Below, piece by piece: positions 1 to 13,288 of a stretch of 64,000 nt of DNA. The position numbers were made by a program, and so were the translations under genes. How positions within the stretch are numbered: position 1 is the stretch's first letter; every line of letters begins with the position of its first letter. A model generated the notes under the pieces. That model was not told the origin of the DNA. It did not search any database and saw only the letters and a list, made by a program, of their open reading frames with translations. The stretch lies in NCBI RefSeq assembly GCF_009834535.1, contig NC_045696.1, forward strand, positions 40,550,001-40,614,000, read 5' to 3'. Source of the DNA: Camelus ferus (Eukaryota).

Positions 1-2249
1 CTTTTCTGATGCCAATCTAGAGAACAGGACTGTCATAATAGAAAAGGGTTGATGACAGAAATCTTTCCTTTTAAAATTGCTTCAGCCAAAGGGAAAGGTG
101 GAAACACTTTGTTTTTTACTAAGGACTTAGCTCAAGGTGTGCTCAGGGACCTAAGAGTCCTTTAAAGCCCAAGGACTCTTGAAGATGGGTCCCTGCTCAG
201 TCTCCTCCACAGACCCCTCTGCCCCCCAAGTCTCTGTTCTGTTCAGTCACGCGTCAAGAAATTAATTCTACCTGTGACTCCTTCCTCACTATGTGGCTTT
301 TGAGAAACTACCATTTGAACTCCTGCTTTATAAAATCAGAATATCATTGCTAACCTACTTGGCCAAGATGTTATGAAAAGTAATTTAAGGCTTTAAAAAA
401 AATCCATAGTTGAAGCCACATTTTAATACAGTTGCCATAACGATATTTGTTTCCTACTTTAGTGGCTGTTTCAAAGCCAGAAATGCAGTAATATATATGA
501 TTAGTATACATGGTTTGTTTTAGTATTCTAAAAAAGAATGCATGGTTTCAAGAAAAGGAAATTTTTTTTTTCTTCCCAGCCTTTTCCCCCATTGAAACTG
601 AAAAAGAAAAAAAAATTATGCAAGCTTTTTTGAAAGTACAGACAAAATTGGCATTTCACTTATGGGAAAATTTTGCAAAATTGCACAGACTAAAAGTGAT
701 TTTTGTTTTGGCTTTCCTGTGAAGCCATCCAGAAAGGCCAAAAATTACTGGCATTGCTTTTGTATAAAACCTTTCACATAGACTCCCCTTGTAATTCAGC
801 CAAATACATAATTCTGGTCATCAGAGACACACATATCCACACATTGGAGCTGGTCAGTGAACAGAAAGTTGTCATGAAATGTGGATATATTATTTTATGG
901 ACAGACCAAACTGCACAGATTACAGGGAAGGAAATTTTGCATTAACACACTTGGGAACAGAGTTTCCTGAGCTATTCCCTGCCCCCACCCTCCCTCAGTG
1001 GGAAAGCCAATTGTTTACTGATTACGACAAAGACATCACTTGGCAAACATTTTGGCCTTAACTCAATATGTGACATCAGTCTCCTTTAGGGTTTTCCAGA
1101 TAAAACGAATTCTCCAAAGAAAACACAGAAATTGAGCCCTAGTTTGAAATTCGTTATTACACCCTCTAAGATCTCATGAACTATCTCAATCATATATTTC
1201 TTAATTTTTATTTTATTTCCAAGTAGATATTATCTAACACTTATAATACAAGTACTAAACTTTCACAGTATTTTTTCAGAGTTTCAATCAGATAGTTCCT
1301 TATAGCTGTATTCACTCAAATCATTTTTCTGGGGGTTATGATATCTTTCTTTGTTTCTCTGTACTGAGGGTCACTGATTTGGGAGTGACTTACATCACTT
1401 TGTTTGAGGAAGGAAGTAAACGTTATTCTTTGACTCCTTAGAACAAATTAGTTGTGTTTTTGTGAGGGGTGGCTGTGTGCTTAAGGGGAAGTGTTCTCAT
1501 TCAAGTTAGAAGGACCCAGTGGTGGTGTGTATTCTTTCATTTGTGGTCAAAGAATGAGACATGTGAATGGTATTTTACTCTCTTGTGTAAGCACCTCCTT
1601 TGTATATATTTACCTGAAATTATTAGAGTTTCCTCCACTTCCTGCTTTGTTAGGTGGTACTCATTTAATACCTATATGCACATGGCCTTAAAGTCAGTGA
1701 AAGCCAGCTGTGCCTCAGGAGGCCCACAATCTCCCTGTTAAAGGCAAGAAGGGCTAGTGCGCCAACAATGCCAGGCTATGGGAATGGTGATAAAAAGGGG
1801 AAACAAGGGAAGAATTACCTGTGTGTCATGTGAGTAGAGAACAGGTTTACCATTCTAACACCCAAAGAATTCCATCTGGAAGCTTTTCCTGGGCAAACAG
1901 AAATAGGTAAATATTCGCATATCTTCTGGAATGGCTAAACAGGGAATGAGAGTCACTCCAGTCATTTTTTTCCCTATTTTTTGGTAATGGTTTGTTATTC
2001 TTCATTATTCTTCAAGACAAAAAAATTTTGTGTCCTACATGGCTAAAAAAACATGATCTTTTAAATTCTCCCTCTTAAACTCCTTTGATACCTGTAGAAA
2101 TACCATCCTTAATACACTGATTTCATGGTGTACAATTTACATTCATTCCCCTAGTTTCCTTTCCCTCTAGCCCACTATCTTTATTCCCACTGCCCTTTTG
2201 TTCCGTGTCTCAGTGTTGTTCCTCTTTGCTCTCTCTTGCCATCTGCCTC

Positions 2250-2490
2250 CCAGCTTTACGGTGTTACTTCTGGATGGCCCTCCTCAGCCTTCCTCCAGAA
2301 GATAGTAGAGATACAACTGTGAATATTAGAACTATACCACCAACAGCCCTCCACATTTCCACCCTAAATCTGTATCTTCTTACCTTCTCCCTTAATGTGA
2401 TTAAGCCCTCTGGGCAGGGACAGCCAGTACCTCTCTGTTCTATAGCAGGCAGCACTCTGACCATGGTCAATAAATGTTCTTAATAATGAG
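2250..2490 (+). mobile_element. L2 LINE 3' fragment
   Basis: Degenerate L2 tail (aagccctctgggcagggac...ggtcaataaatgttcttaataatga); approximate limits. Confidence 0.55.
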
Positions 2491-3329
2491 AGATGAAAGG
2501 AAGTATCTGTGTTCAACAAGTTAGTGCCAAGTAAGTGTGAAGGCCAAATGAGGCCATGGGTGCCAAACCACAGGGGTTCAAAATAATATTTAATATGCAT
2601 TGTCTCATTGAATAACTAATCTTACACTGTAATGTCTGAGTCAAATCGTCCCTTGATGCTAGACTTCTTGTGTTCCTTTAATCTGCGCCTGAAGATAACA
2701 AGTTCATGAGGGGCAAGGTAACAAAACTCCCTGTCTATGTAGTCAAACCCTTGATGAATGTGGAAAAAGAAACTGGATCTGAGGGCCATTGGTTCTCTGA
2801 CCAGGTGTCTACCATGAGATGCACTGAAAAGAAATGAAAGTTTGCCATTAGCCTAGCTATTATGTAATTTTGGTTACCTAGCTAAAATATGATTGCAAGT
2901 AGTCAGATAAAGCAGTTAAGACTACTTGTATTTTAGAAAAGGGAACTCACAAGTAATTATTTCTTTCTTTGTTTTTCTGTAACTGTTAGCATCATTAGCT
3001 CTGTAACTCATAAGAGAAGTATACATGGAATAACAAAAGTGAAATGAAGATCTGGTAAAAATTTGACATTGCTGAGATTGGTTGTTTTCTATCTTTGCAT
3101 TATCAAAGGAGAGGAGTCGTCGTCCTTTCAATTTAATATAGATGCTCATACTTTCTAAGATGATTCAGAACAGGGGGCCAAAGTGGAGCAAAATAACCTG
3201 CTCTCCATATGGTTATAAAATGTTTACCAACCAATTTCTCCCTTTTTGTAGCCAAGCTTTTCAAAATACTGGTTCACATTTTAAGCTTCTATGTTCTCAT
3301 TACTTATTTATACTTCAGAACGTTGCAAT

Positions 3330-4565
3330 TTTGGCCTCTGCCTTCACTATTTTATTGGAAGGGCTCATTAAGTTCCTCACTGTCTTCCTTGTTGCCAAAT
3401 CCTGGGACATTTGTTCATCCTTTTCTGTATTATTTGATGCTATCTGACTGCTCGCTCTTTCTTGAAAGTCCTTCCTTGCTTGGTTTCTTTGCTTTCTTTC
3501 TGTTCTGGTTCTTCCATTCCTCCACCATTCTCTCTCAGCTTGCTTTCTTAACCCCTTTTTCTCCAGAAGAGCCATCAAGCATTGTTTTCTAGAGTTCCCT
3601 TCTCAAAATTCTCTCCCCTCACCACACCAAAACCCATAGCTTCAGCTGTCATGCGCTGCAAATACACAACACTAGCCCGACCTTTTCCCGACCTGTATTT
3701 CCAACTATGGATTGTCTCTTTAGACATAATCATTCTCCCCACTGAACATTGAAAAACACCAGGTACTTTCTGCTCAAAATATCTTAAAACAGGACCTCTC
3801 CCCTTTTGAACCATCTTCCTCACCAGAAATCCTACAACAACAAAAAGCTGTGCCCCATTCCTGCATTCTATACCTTGGTGAGTAGCCAGGAGTATAACTT
3901 CCTGTTTTCCTTACTCTGCTCTCTAGTCTCATTAGTCACTAGTTCATATTGATGATACATCATAAGTATTAGTTTACACCCCATCCTCCATAACCCTGTA
4001 GCCACTGGAGTACATACCCGTCCCCAGTTTAAAACTCCTCCTGCCTTTCTTCCATGTTTTCTTAATGGTTCTTTAAAAAGCATACCTCATCAACTCATTC
4101 TCCTCATAATTTGTCCTTTGCTCCTTCTTGCCAACAGTATAAAATCTGACTGCCCGTGGCTAGCCTTTCCTTTTCTCATCCTACAGTTAATACCCGTGCG
4201 GTACCCATGTGGAAAGCTTGAGTTCTCTCACTACCCATACTATGGTCTTACCTCTATGCTGTGGCATTATTTCTGCCCTTGTATATAGTTTCCATTCTAG
4301 TCTGCATAGGGACTAGACCCCTGTTACCTCCTCTGAACCTTTCACAGGGTGCTGCCTTGCAGAATTAGGTGCCCAGCATTTATGCTTCCTATCACACCCA
4401 ATTTTTCTTGCATTGTATTGACAGTGTTTTTAAACATATCTTTTCCCTCACTCTGGACTGTGAGATTTTTGAGACCAGTGGCTGTGTCACATGCATCTTA
4501 TATCCCTGAATCCATGACACAGTGCCAAGCCCATAGTGAGAGGTTAGTAAGGGTTGACAGAATGG
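3330..4565 (+). mobile_element. Long degenerate L2 LINE ending ~30 nt from the exon 4 donor
   Basis: Pyrimidine-rich L2 body (cttccttgttgccaaatcc..., ctttcttgaaagtccttccttgcttgg) and L2 tail (ctggactgtgagatttttgagacc...acacagtgccaagcccatagt). Confidence 0.65.
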
Positions 4566-4593
4566 GTCATTGTCTTGTCCAAAGTGGCCTTAC

Positions 4594-4772
4594 CTTTCAC
4601 ATTCCTGTTCTAGCAAGCCTATGAATTCATCACTCTTCTCCATGTATTCTTTATGTTTTCTCTTTTCTTCCTCCAATTCTAATATGGTTTGCCTATGAGA
4701 TTTTTCTACCATTAAAAGCTGTTCCAGGATTCGTCTGTGAGATTCTTTATGCTTTTCCACAACTTTGTCCAG
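4594..4772 (-). CDS. FILIP1L: FILIP1L coding exon 4 (179 nt, phase 0-2), not in the ORF track
   Basis: Read by eye: acceptor ttttcttttgtag|CTG GAC AAA; translates [59 protein letters not shown](R); donor GAAAG|GTAAGG. Coiled-coil, in frame with exon 3. Confidence 0.95.
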
Positions 4773-5349
4773 CTACAAAAGAAAATACATTGATAGTCTA
4801 AGGATAGATCATTCATAATCCTGCCATCTTTCACTCTTAGAAATGTCCAAGTTTTGGTGATTTAATTCAACAGTGGGTTTCTAATTTCCTTATTTATCTT
4901 ATATTATTAATCTTATTAACTGATAACTTTGATATGTTTCAACACAAATATAAATCTTTTTACTGTCATCAGTAACCACAGAGAAAAACTGGTGCTTCTG
5001 TAGATATGAGAACAACTTCCCCACGCACCCTTGCTGCCACTTCCTTCTCTCTCCAGAGAAACCATATGCAAGGAATGGTGGAAAGTGAAGGAATCCCTGC
5101 ACCGTGTTTGATTCTGCCATTCCCCTAACTGATCACTCCTGCCCCGTCTCCCTGCAGTGCTTTACCCATGTATGCCTCTTGGATCCCATGGTCTGTTTTT
5201 CATTGTATTATGCATGAGGATGTTTGTGTACTTTTTTAAAAATTCTTGCTAATCAGTTCTGTGTTTGTATATAGTGTGAATGTGACCAGATGTAAATACC
5301 AAGTCTTTTCTGGTTTCTGTGGTCTACTTATCTATTATAAAATGATTAC

Positions 5350-5490
5350 CCTGTGCCTGATTTATGTTTGTCCCCTCTACTAGACTGTGAACTCCTTGAA
5401 GGTGGGGTCTAAATTCTATTTTTCTTAAATTCTTACCATCTAATGGAGTGCCTTACTTACAATAGGTGCTCAGGATATGCTTACAGATTG
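5350..5490 (+). mobile_element. L2 3' tail
   Basis: ctactagactgtgaactccttgaaggtggggtct...aataggtgctcag matches the L2 3' end. Confidence 0.65.
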
Positions 5491-7251
5491 AAAACAAAAT
5501 AAGCACACAAGGATTCAAGAAAGAAGAGAGGGAAGTAGGCTGATTACAACAAAAGTGGCTCAGGATCTTTGACCAGTGATAAATGAAGATCCAATTAAGA
5601 ACGTGGTTTTGAAAGTATATGGCTTTCTAGATTAGTTAAATAATAGGTTGCAACTGATAATATTGGTTGATTGTGCCCTTTGCCTTTATCTTAAAAGATT
5701 TAAAATTTGTGACTCTGAATTTGAAGTCAGTTTAAAATCATACATCCTGAAAAGCATATACTTGACTAGGAATACAAGGCATGAAATGGCCAAATCATTT
5801 CAGAAAAAGAATAGAAAAAAATTGTCCTGGCGTACAGAACCCAACTAATTCTATTCAACCTCTAAATGCTTAGGCTGGTTGTCTAGTTTTCTAATATGGG
5901 CTTATAATGGCACTTTAACACACACAAAATACTTTTTTATGTCATACAGGTGTTTATGGTTTTTAATAAATGTAATCAATCCTTTTGTGGAACCTGAAAT
6001 TGCTAAGTTGTGTTGCCTACTGGCAGAGTCACTTTTAACTAATAACCATCTTCTGAGAGGGAGTGGGTAGTGTTAATTGTCCTGGGTCTTAAGCTACAAC
6101 AGTCCTCTGAGAACTCATTCCAGTTGCCCAAACATTTGAGTGCATTGTAATGGAAATTCAAATCAATTGCTTTTGGAATTAGAGTGAAATAGTGATAGAA
6201 TCAGCCTTTATTTAGGGAACTTAACAGTTGACTTAGAAAAAGATTCAGTATGTCACAAGATCGACCCTAGAAATAATAAGTGAATAATTATAGTAAGTAT
6301 TTAGGAAAGCATAAGTGAATGACTAAAGAAGTCTACATAAATGCAAGAAAAAAAATCTTTCCTCAGATAGCGTGTTGTAATTGTTTGGACATGAATATTA
6401 AACTTTATTCAACCCAAAGAGAGTAAAGAGGAAGTTTAGTTGATCTCCTGTTGCTTTCCATTTTTTTTTTCTCCTCTTTGTATTATTTGTTTGTTTGAAG
6501 GGACAGAGAAGGAAGGTTGGCAAGAATCATTGCCCTTTATTTACTACATAACCTCTTAAGTGGTCTCCCTTCTTCAGCCTCATCTTCTTCCAGCCTGTCT
6601 TCATCTTCCACCACTGGAATTACTTCACTGTCCTGTTCAGAGCCAAAACATCTCTCACCATCTGGCCTCCTGACACTTCTGCCCCATTCTCATTCCATAC
6701 CTTCCCATCTTTCTCACCCAGGCTTTAGCTACACTGGACTTCACGTAGTTCTTGGAACACACTATGGTGCTTCAAGACTGTTTTTTTTCAGTACTGAGAC
6801 ATAGAAACCTTTTCCCCTTCTACCCAAAACTTTTCCTGTTCTTCCTTTATAGCTTTCTCTGATCACTCCTGGTTAGGATTGGTTTGTTCCTCCATATCAG
6901 TGAAATGCCTGATTCTCTGGGTTTTCCTTCTGTCATATTCCATGACTCTTGAAGGATGGCCTTAACTTAGTGCATGCTGTTCTGTGCAATAGCTAAGGAC
7001 GTCATGTTTGTCAACAACAGAAATTAGAAAGCTGTCAAATAGTGACTTTGAAGAGGGAAAGCTTTCAAAGAAAGTGTTACTGATTCTAGAAATGTCTTAG
7101 CTTATACTTGAGGTTTCATTTTGTACCTTCTTCATGCCCAGAATACCGCTTAGAAAATATGCCGGTGGTTCTCAATTCAGTCTCTTCCTCATTCCTGACA
7201 GATCAAATGATGGACCTGAGCCTGTCTGAACTTAACTCCATTTTCTACCAG

Positions 7252-7255
<4 letters not shown>

Positions 7256-7306
<51 letters not shown>
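7256..7306. repeat. (TG)25 perfect microsatellite
   Basis: Uninterrupted TG run 7256-7305. Confidence 0.98.
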
Positions 7307-7310
<4 letters not shown>

Positions 7311-8894
7311 ACGCTTGGCCAAGCCACTTAACCATTCTGTATTTCAGGTTCGATTATAAACGTAGTGGTTGGGCTTGATTTCTAAGATCGATTCTATTGC
7401 CACAGTTTCCTGAAGGCAACAACTATCTATTAAGCACCTATTATGCTGTATGTACTTAGTACTGTGATAGTTGCCATGGGGAATGCAAGAGAAGTTTAAA
7501 GTCTCAGTGCTTTTATTCTCTCACTAAGCAGATAAGATACCGACATGAAACAATTAGGAGCAGTGTAAGGTGGTATATCATTAAGCACTAAGGGACTATC
7601 AGAGAACCACTGACCCTTTTTTATCTAGCCCCACTTGCGGATTGAGTGAAGCCTGGGGAAGAAAACAGGAAGACTCAGTCACTTAAGGGAGTGTTAGGGG
7701 CAAAAAGATCGAAAAGATAGCTCCTTAATGTTTACCATGCAATGACAAGCTTCCTGCTTATCATTTTAGCCTCTCTTATGTCATGTCCTACCCATAGCCC
7801 CTGATATAAGCCAACTCCTTGCCTAGGATGAAGAAAGTATAATGTGTTCTGATAGATTGGATCCTCTCCTGGTCAAACGGAATGAAGAACAGGGAGGTTT
7901 TCCACCTTTATGCTTTTGGGCACTTAATATATGTTTAGAAAAGAATAATGACCTTTGTTTTAATAGCTCCCAAGTCACAGACTACCCTAATTTGGGGTAT
8001 CACTTTCTTTCTGTGCTATGGCTTTGGTTCTCTTTGTTCTCTTGCATTGACTTTTTGAAGATTGTCTTTTTCTTTGATTACCCTGAATATACCGGTAGAG
8101 TTAAAGGTAGTCCAGACAACAGAGAAATTATTTGGCCATTTTAGTAGACCGAAGATAACTAAACATGCTATTCATAAAATGTTCTGTCTTCTTCTCTGTC
8201 TTTACTGAAACCTGGTTTTCCTGGGTAATACTGAAGTCCTAAAATAGAGACTGCTCATTCTCACATTGCCCTAGTATCCTAGATCCTGAAATGAGGGCAT
8301 GATTTTCATGGCTCTGCACTACCACTGCCAGACTGTTCTGAAAACTCTTGTTTTATCATCTTTCTGAATGGTGATAGTCTTTTGGTCATCTCCAGAGCTT
8401 CCGATCACTCTCACAATCTACCTTTTTACTGTCAGTATTTTTTTTGTTGGTCATTCTGGGTGATTTCCAGATTTAGCTGGACTTTCCATCTGGCTTTTTC
8501 CTTATGCCTGGTCAGCATCCTTTCTCTTTCCTCAAGGCACCTTTTTGGAGCCCATGCTAATTCTCTCTAAGTACTAGACCTGGACACATCCTTACCTTCT
8601 TACTTTTATCTCCTACTTGTCTAAATAGAGTTCCTCAAGCATAAATACTGTATTTTTATTCTATGTCTGCTACTGTTAACTAACTATATCCATCTACATT
8701 CTTAACCTCTTCACCTATATGTAGTTTTTGTCCCTCCCTTACCATCTCCTTCCAGTCCTTGTCCCACCTATGATTCTCTACCCCTTATGCCTTTGATCCA
8801 CCTCTGTCCCTTCAAAGTGTGCCTGCAAATATGATTAAGTCTTCCTCTCCTAAAAATGCACACATATGTACACAGGCAGGAAGAGAAAGAGAGA

Positions 8895-9400
8895 GAAGGA
8901 TTTATTGTGAAGCTTGGGTTTTAGGGTTCTTCATTTGCATAGGTATCTTCCAAGGGCCTGCTTGGACCAATGTGTTCACCTAGCCATAAATTTTGTAAAA
9001 TTTATAAAAATAATACATTAAGTATTATGTGCTGTTATCAGTTAAGACCTCTGCTTTTTTTACCTTCTACTTGTGATCCATCATACTTCCTTTCATTCCT
9101 TTGGAGAAGGTATGAACATTTTTGGGGTCCTGCTAAAGGAACATTCAGTTGGTTTCACAGGCACCTCCATGTATAATAGAATTATTGCTAGTCATCTTGC
9201 TATAGGAAAGGCTTCCAGAAATGCTGTTACTACCACTATGCCAATTCATCCAGCCATTGTCAAAGGTGAAAGGCCAGAGTCTACATTGCAAAATGAATAT
9301 GTCGTTTGTTTCCCAGCACTGGGAGGGAATTTGTGGATTGGAGAGGAGAAGGGTTAAAAATATATGGAGCCAGAAGCTAGTCTATGTAAATTTCCCCTTT
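8895..9400 (+). mobile_element. hAT-type DNA transposon fossil (MER53/MamRep4096-like)
   Basis: Start ggatttattgtgaagct...ttcatttgcataggtatcttccaagggcctg resembles the MER53-type terminus; family name from recall. Confidence 0.4.
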
Positions 9401-11746
9401 AGTTCCTGGATTCAGGATTTCTCTAGCTCCATGTAAATCTCATTCGTGTACTGGGAGATTGTTAGATATTTTATCTAATGTTTTCATCTATTTTTAGTGA
9501 TATGATTTAATGATACCCTCCACAATGTTGCTGGAAATAGAATTTCTTTATGTTCTATCTGATGACTAACCCCTATTCATTCTCTAGATCTTGGATTTTG
9601 ATTCTTCTATCTAAATTTGATCCCCCATTATGCTCTCTCATAGAGCTTTGTGGTTTTCAGCATAAAAATTAACATAATGTGTAATTGCATACTTACTTGT
9701 GTGATCATTTGTAGTCTGTCACTCTTTTAGACATTAAGCACCCTGAAGACAGGAACTATGACTATTTTTTACAATGAAAATTATAAAATGAAATTTAAAG
9801 GTGAATTATACAACTACTAAACATAAGTATTTTAAGAATTGCCCTCAGATAACACTAATAAGGTATGCAGATCCTTTTATTATAGTATCTTGATAAATCA
9901 ACACTGTTGTTATATTTTTCTTGATATCTTTTTTGGAAGAACTAAAAGTATGTTAGGACACTAACTCAAGTATCTAAGGTATCAAGCATTTAAGGTAACT
10001 TTTAATATAGAACCCTAGGTTGGAAAGGAATAGGATGTTAAAACTTTTGCGGACTCTGAATTCTTCTTTCCCTCTTGACAACCCAGCTATCCTCTCTCCC
10101 CATCTACATCCTTTGTTCTAGCTTGCAGGCCTCTACCTTAAGTCAGTGTTCCTAACATGTGACGTAGTTGAGAATAGTTTGTTTTTCTAAGGTATTTTGC
10201 CTTGTGAATAGATAAATCCCTTTTGGTTTACCTTAGACATGGTTGAAATTTTTAACATTTAAAAAAAATAACATTATGAGGAAAATTAAAGTAGAGGGAT
10301 GGGAGAAAACAAAATAATAATAAATTTTTAGCATGCAGATCCTTATCCTGGTGTAATTAGGGTGCCAGCAGGAATGGTCTTAGTGGGAATGCTAGCCTCT
10401 CTTTCTTTTCTTTGGCCCTACCTAGGGATTGCTATTCAGAATTTCCCTTTACTGTTTCTTCTCTGGATATCCCCCTTTCACCCATTACTTCCTAGAGAGG
10501 AAAAAGGTAGGCAACTGAGTTGTTGTGTAGGTAGAGTTATATGAGCTTCAAGGAACTGTGTAGACTGATAGCTAAGGAGAGAGAAATCTGTAAGGGGAAG
10601 TAGTAGGCTAGAGAAGAAAATAGACAAATCATAGAGGTGAAAATGTGAGAAGTGTGTGTGTGTCTGTATATGTGTGTAGGGGTATCTGTTGGGAAAGACT
10701 CAAGGTTGGATTTATAAAGCAGGACCAAATAATGGGTAACTTGTAGAGATACTTTGCAGAGTTAGGATTTCAAGCATTTATAGAGAGGGTATTTCCAATT
10801 TTGCATCTGTACAATAGAATTATTTTGTAACTAAAACTTTCTCCCAGTGATTTCAGCATAAGTTTGTAATCATTCTGTTTCATTTCACATTTGTGTGTCA
10901 AGGGATTGTACCATTTGTGGAGGAGGGAGGATATGTTCACTGATCATTAATTTGCATTTGTGCTCATAGGAGTTAGGGAATTTGTGCCTAATGCTGTTTC
11001 GCAGTCACTGTTGGGAGCCAGGATATAGTTTTAACACTATTGACTTGAAGGCGGCTTCGGCTTCTCTTGTTTAAAATTTGGATTAAAGTGCAATCAACAG
11101 ACTTTGGGTGGTCTCATCGTCACCGCTCAGAGAAGCAGATCCATATGACCAAACTCCTTCATGATTTGGCAAGACAGTAGTCATCTCTCATGAGACACCC
11201 AAGACAAGAATAGCAAGGACATTAGAGGTCACTTCCGAGGTGGGTTGCCAGAGCGTATGTGGGGAAATTTGTCCAAAACTTGCTTTCACCCTCTCCAGCC
11301 TTCACTCATGTTTCTAGTTGTCTCCTTTTTATAAAAATGAAAAATTATGAAATTTTCCACTAAGGTCTCGGAGGAAAACAGAAGAATAAAATAAGGATGC
11401 CAAGGAGTTTCAGAAATGTCAGCAAGTGAAAAAGAGCAAGCAGTTCCTCATCTTTGTGCAGTGGTGGCCATTTTGGGACTGCTGATCTTTGCCATTGTCA
11501 TTGCTGGGCACACTTGGTGGGGAAAAGTCTTTATTGTCGTTAAACTTTTGAAGGAAACAGAAGATATGTGCTCATCTAAAATACATGCTTTCTAAAACTC
11601 TATTTCTTGGTTAGTTCTTCAGATCATTTCCATTCACGCTCAAAATTTCTATGACATAATACTTCAGTGTTTTCAAAGAAATTAACCTTCATGGTTGAAG
11701 TTTATCTGTTTTTATTACCTTCAAGTCTCCAAAAGAAGTACAGACC

Positions 11747-11862
11747 TGTGTGTGTGTGTGTGTGTGTGTGTAGGTCTGAGTGTCTGTGTCTCTCTGTGTG
11801 TGTTTTGTGTGTGTGTGTCCCTGCATGTGTGTGTGAGAGAGAGGGGAAAAGGGAGAGAGAGG
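11747..11862. repeat. Compound (TG)12 / degenerate TG / GA microsatellite
   Basis: (TG)12 at 11747-11770, then interrupted TG and GA runs. Confidence 0.9.
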
Positions 11863-12117
11863 AATTCTCTTGCATGTGTTAGGTTTTAGTCTAATGTGAA
11901 GAAACAAGCCTAGTGGAAACATCCTGTCCATGATTTATTCTCTTTTCCTTTCCTGTAGAACATGTAGTGTTTATCTACGTTGGGTAGATTTTAAACATAG
12001 AACTGTAAATAATCAAAAAAGGAGTTATATGTCATGCTCACCTGCCAGGCCTAGTGCTTGACTGGCTGGTGAACTTGCTCTGTCTCCCTAGGTACACACC
12101 CTTGATGTGATACATAC

Positions 12118-12291
12118 CTCATTCATTGGTTTCTCATAGATGTCTTCCTGCCAAGGTGCAGATTTTGCTTGAAAAGCATCTCGCTGGAGAGCCTCTAACA
12201 CCTTTTTTGGAGTGACAAACCCATACTGAGCTTCCAGCAAAGCCAAGTCCATTTTTTCAGCCTTTAAAATGCCTATGACTTCATCTCGAGC
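12118..12291 (-). CDS. FILIP1L: FILIP1L coding exon 3 (174 nt, phase 0-0)
   Basis: Acceptor ttcctacag|GCT CGA GAT; translates [58 protein letters not shown]; donor GAG|GTATGT. Continues the [15 protein letters not shown] CortBP2-family motif in frame. Confidence 0.96.
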
Positions 12292-13035
12292 CTGTAGGAA
12301 CAAAAGGCATTTCAGAAAGCCTGCTTTATCTACCAGCAGTCTCTGCAAGTGATTTCTTGTGATAGTTGAGTGTTTTTTTTCTTCTCTTTCAAATATAAAC
12401 ATATCATATTTGGTTATAGGACCTTTTAGAAAAGGTAGCAAAACTGTGCCCCTTCATTCTTCTTATAGTCTAATTACACATTAATAATGTTTTTAAACAT
12501 GATCATTATACAACATTGGGGGGCTCTACATTTTTATTGTGTTTGACAAGCGGATAACATGATATCCCTCAGTGGACTGGCATTTTCGTTTCCAGGGATA
12601 GGAAATAAGATTCTCCTATTTATGTAGCAGCTGTTTTTAGTTTTTTATGTAAGTTAATAATGCCAGGGCAAGTCTAGGAGCCAGTTCACGTGAGGTACAA
12701 AAGCGGCTATTGTTATTTAAACCAATCCAGAAGTCATCTGGTATTACTGTTACCTGTACGTGCCTGTGCACTGAAGCTTGTGTGCAGCATAGGCAGAGGA
12801 TGTGACCTTTCACAATGTGCACGCCAATCACATGTCATAATGACAGTCCTTTTAGATGTGATTGATTGCCTTTCATGTTTCCAGCAGAGAATGCTGTGTA
12901 TGTGTACTTAACACTTTGCTTTCATACACATACAAGTATGAACCACAGATACCTAGTTTTTGTGGCAGCTACACACCAAATTCATAAGCAGCCTTCCCCT
13001 TAAAGCATGAGGGGGCTAATTCTAATCCAGCTGAC

Positions 13036-13278
13036 CTGCAATTCTCCCTCCAGAATGCTGAGAAGAAATAATAGGTCATCTCTTGAGAGGTCTTCTCCTT
13101 GGTGGCCATTACCACTGTGTGAGTTAGGATGTGGAAGGATTGCATCTGACTCACTGGTGAGGTCTTTGTCTTGCTGTCTCTGTTTCATGTCCTCAGGCCC
13201 TTGGAAACTGTGATCTTTACTGTGTCTTGGAAATGGCTTTTGGGCTGAGCCCTCCGTGTCATTGCTTCTGGAACGCAT
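13036..13278 (-). CDS. FILIP1L: FILIP1L (filamin A-interacting protein 1-like), first coding exon (exon 2), 81 codons
   Basis: Translates [81 protein letters not shown], which I recognise as the FILIP1L N-terminus. ATG at 13278-13276; phase-0 donor CAG|GTCAG at 13036/13035. Confidence 0.96.
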
Positions 13279-13288
13279 TCCTTATGGT
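13279..13288 (-). other. FILIP1L: 10-nt 5'UTR part of FILIP1L exon 2
   Basis: Minus strand reads pyrimidine tract plus acceptor ccttctttccag|ACCATAAGGA-ATG, with the AG at 13290-13289. No upstream non-coding exon or CpG-island promoter is recognisable in the window. Confidence 0.85.

Noticed and set aside
3315..3578. Charged minus-strand ORF as a further FILIP1L exon
   Set aside because: It lies in antisense L2 sequence and does not resemble the expected next exon (LKKLIDQE..., from recall).
11667..11931. ORFs rich in CV/HT repeats
   Set aside because: They are translations of the TG microsatellite.
12088..12441. ORFs 12088-12441 and 13000-13278 as stand-alone proteins
   Set aside because: They are FILIP1L exons with intronic read-through beyond the splice sites.
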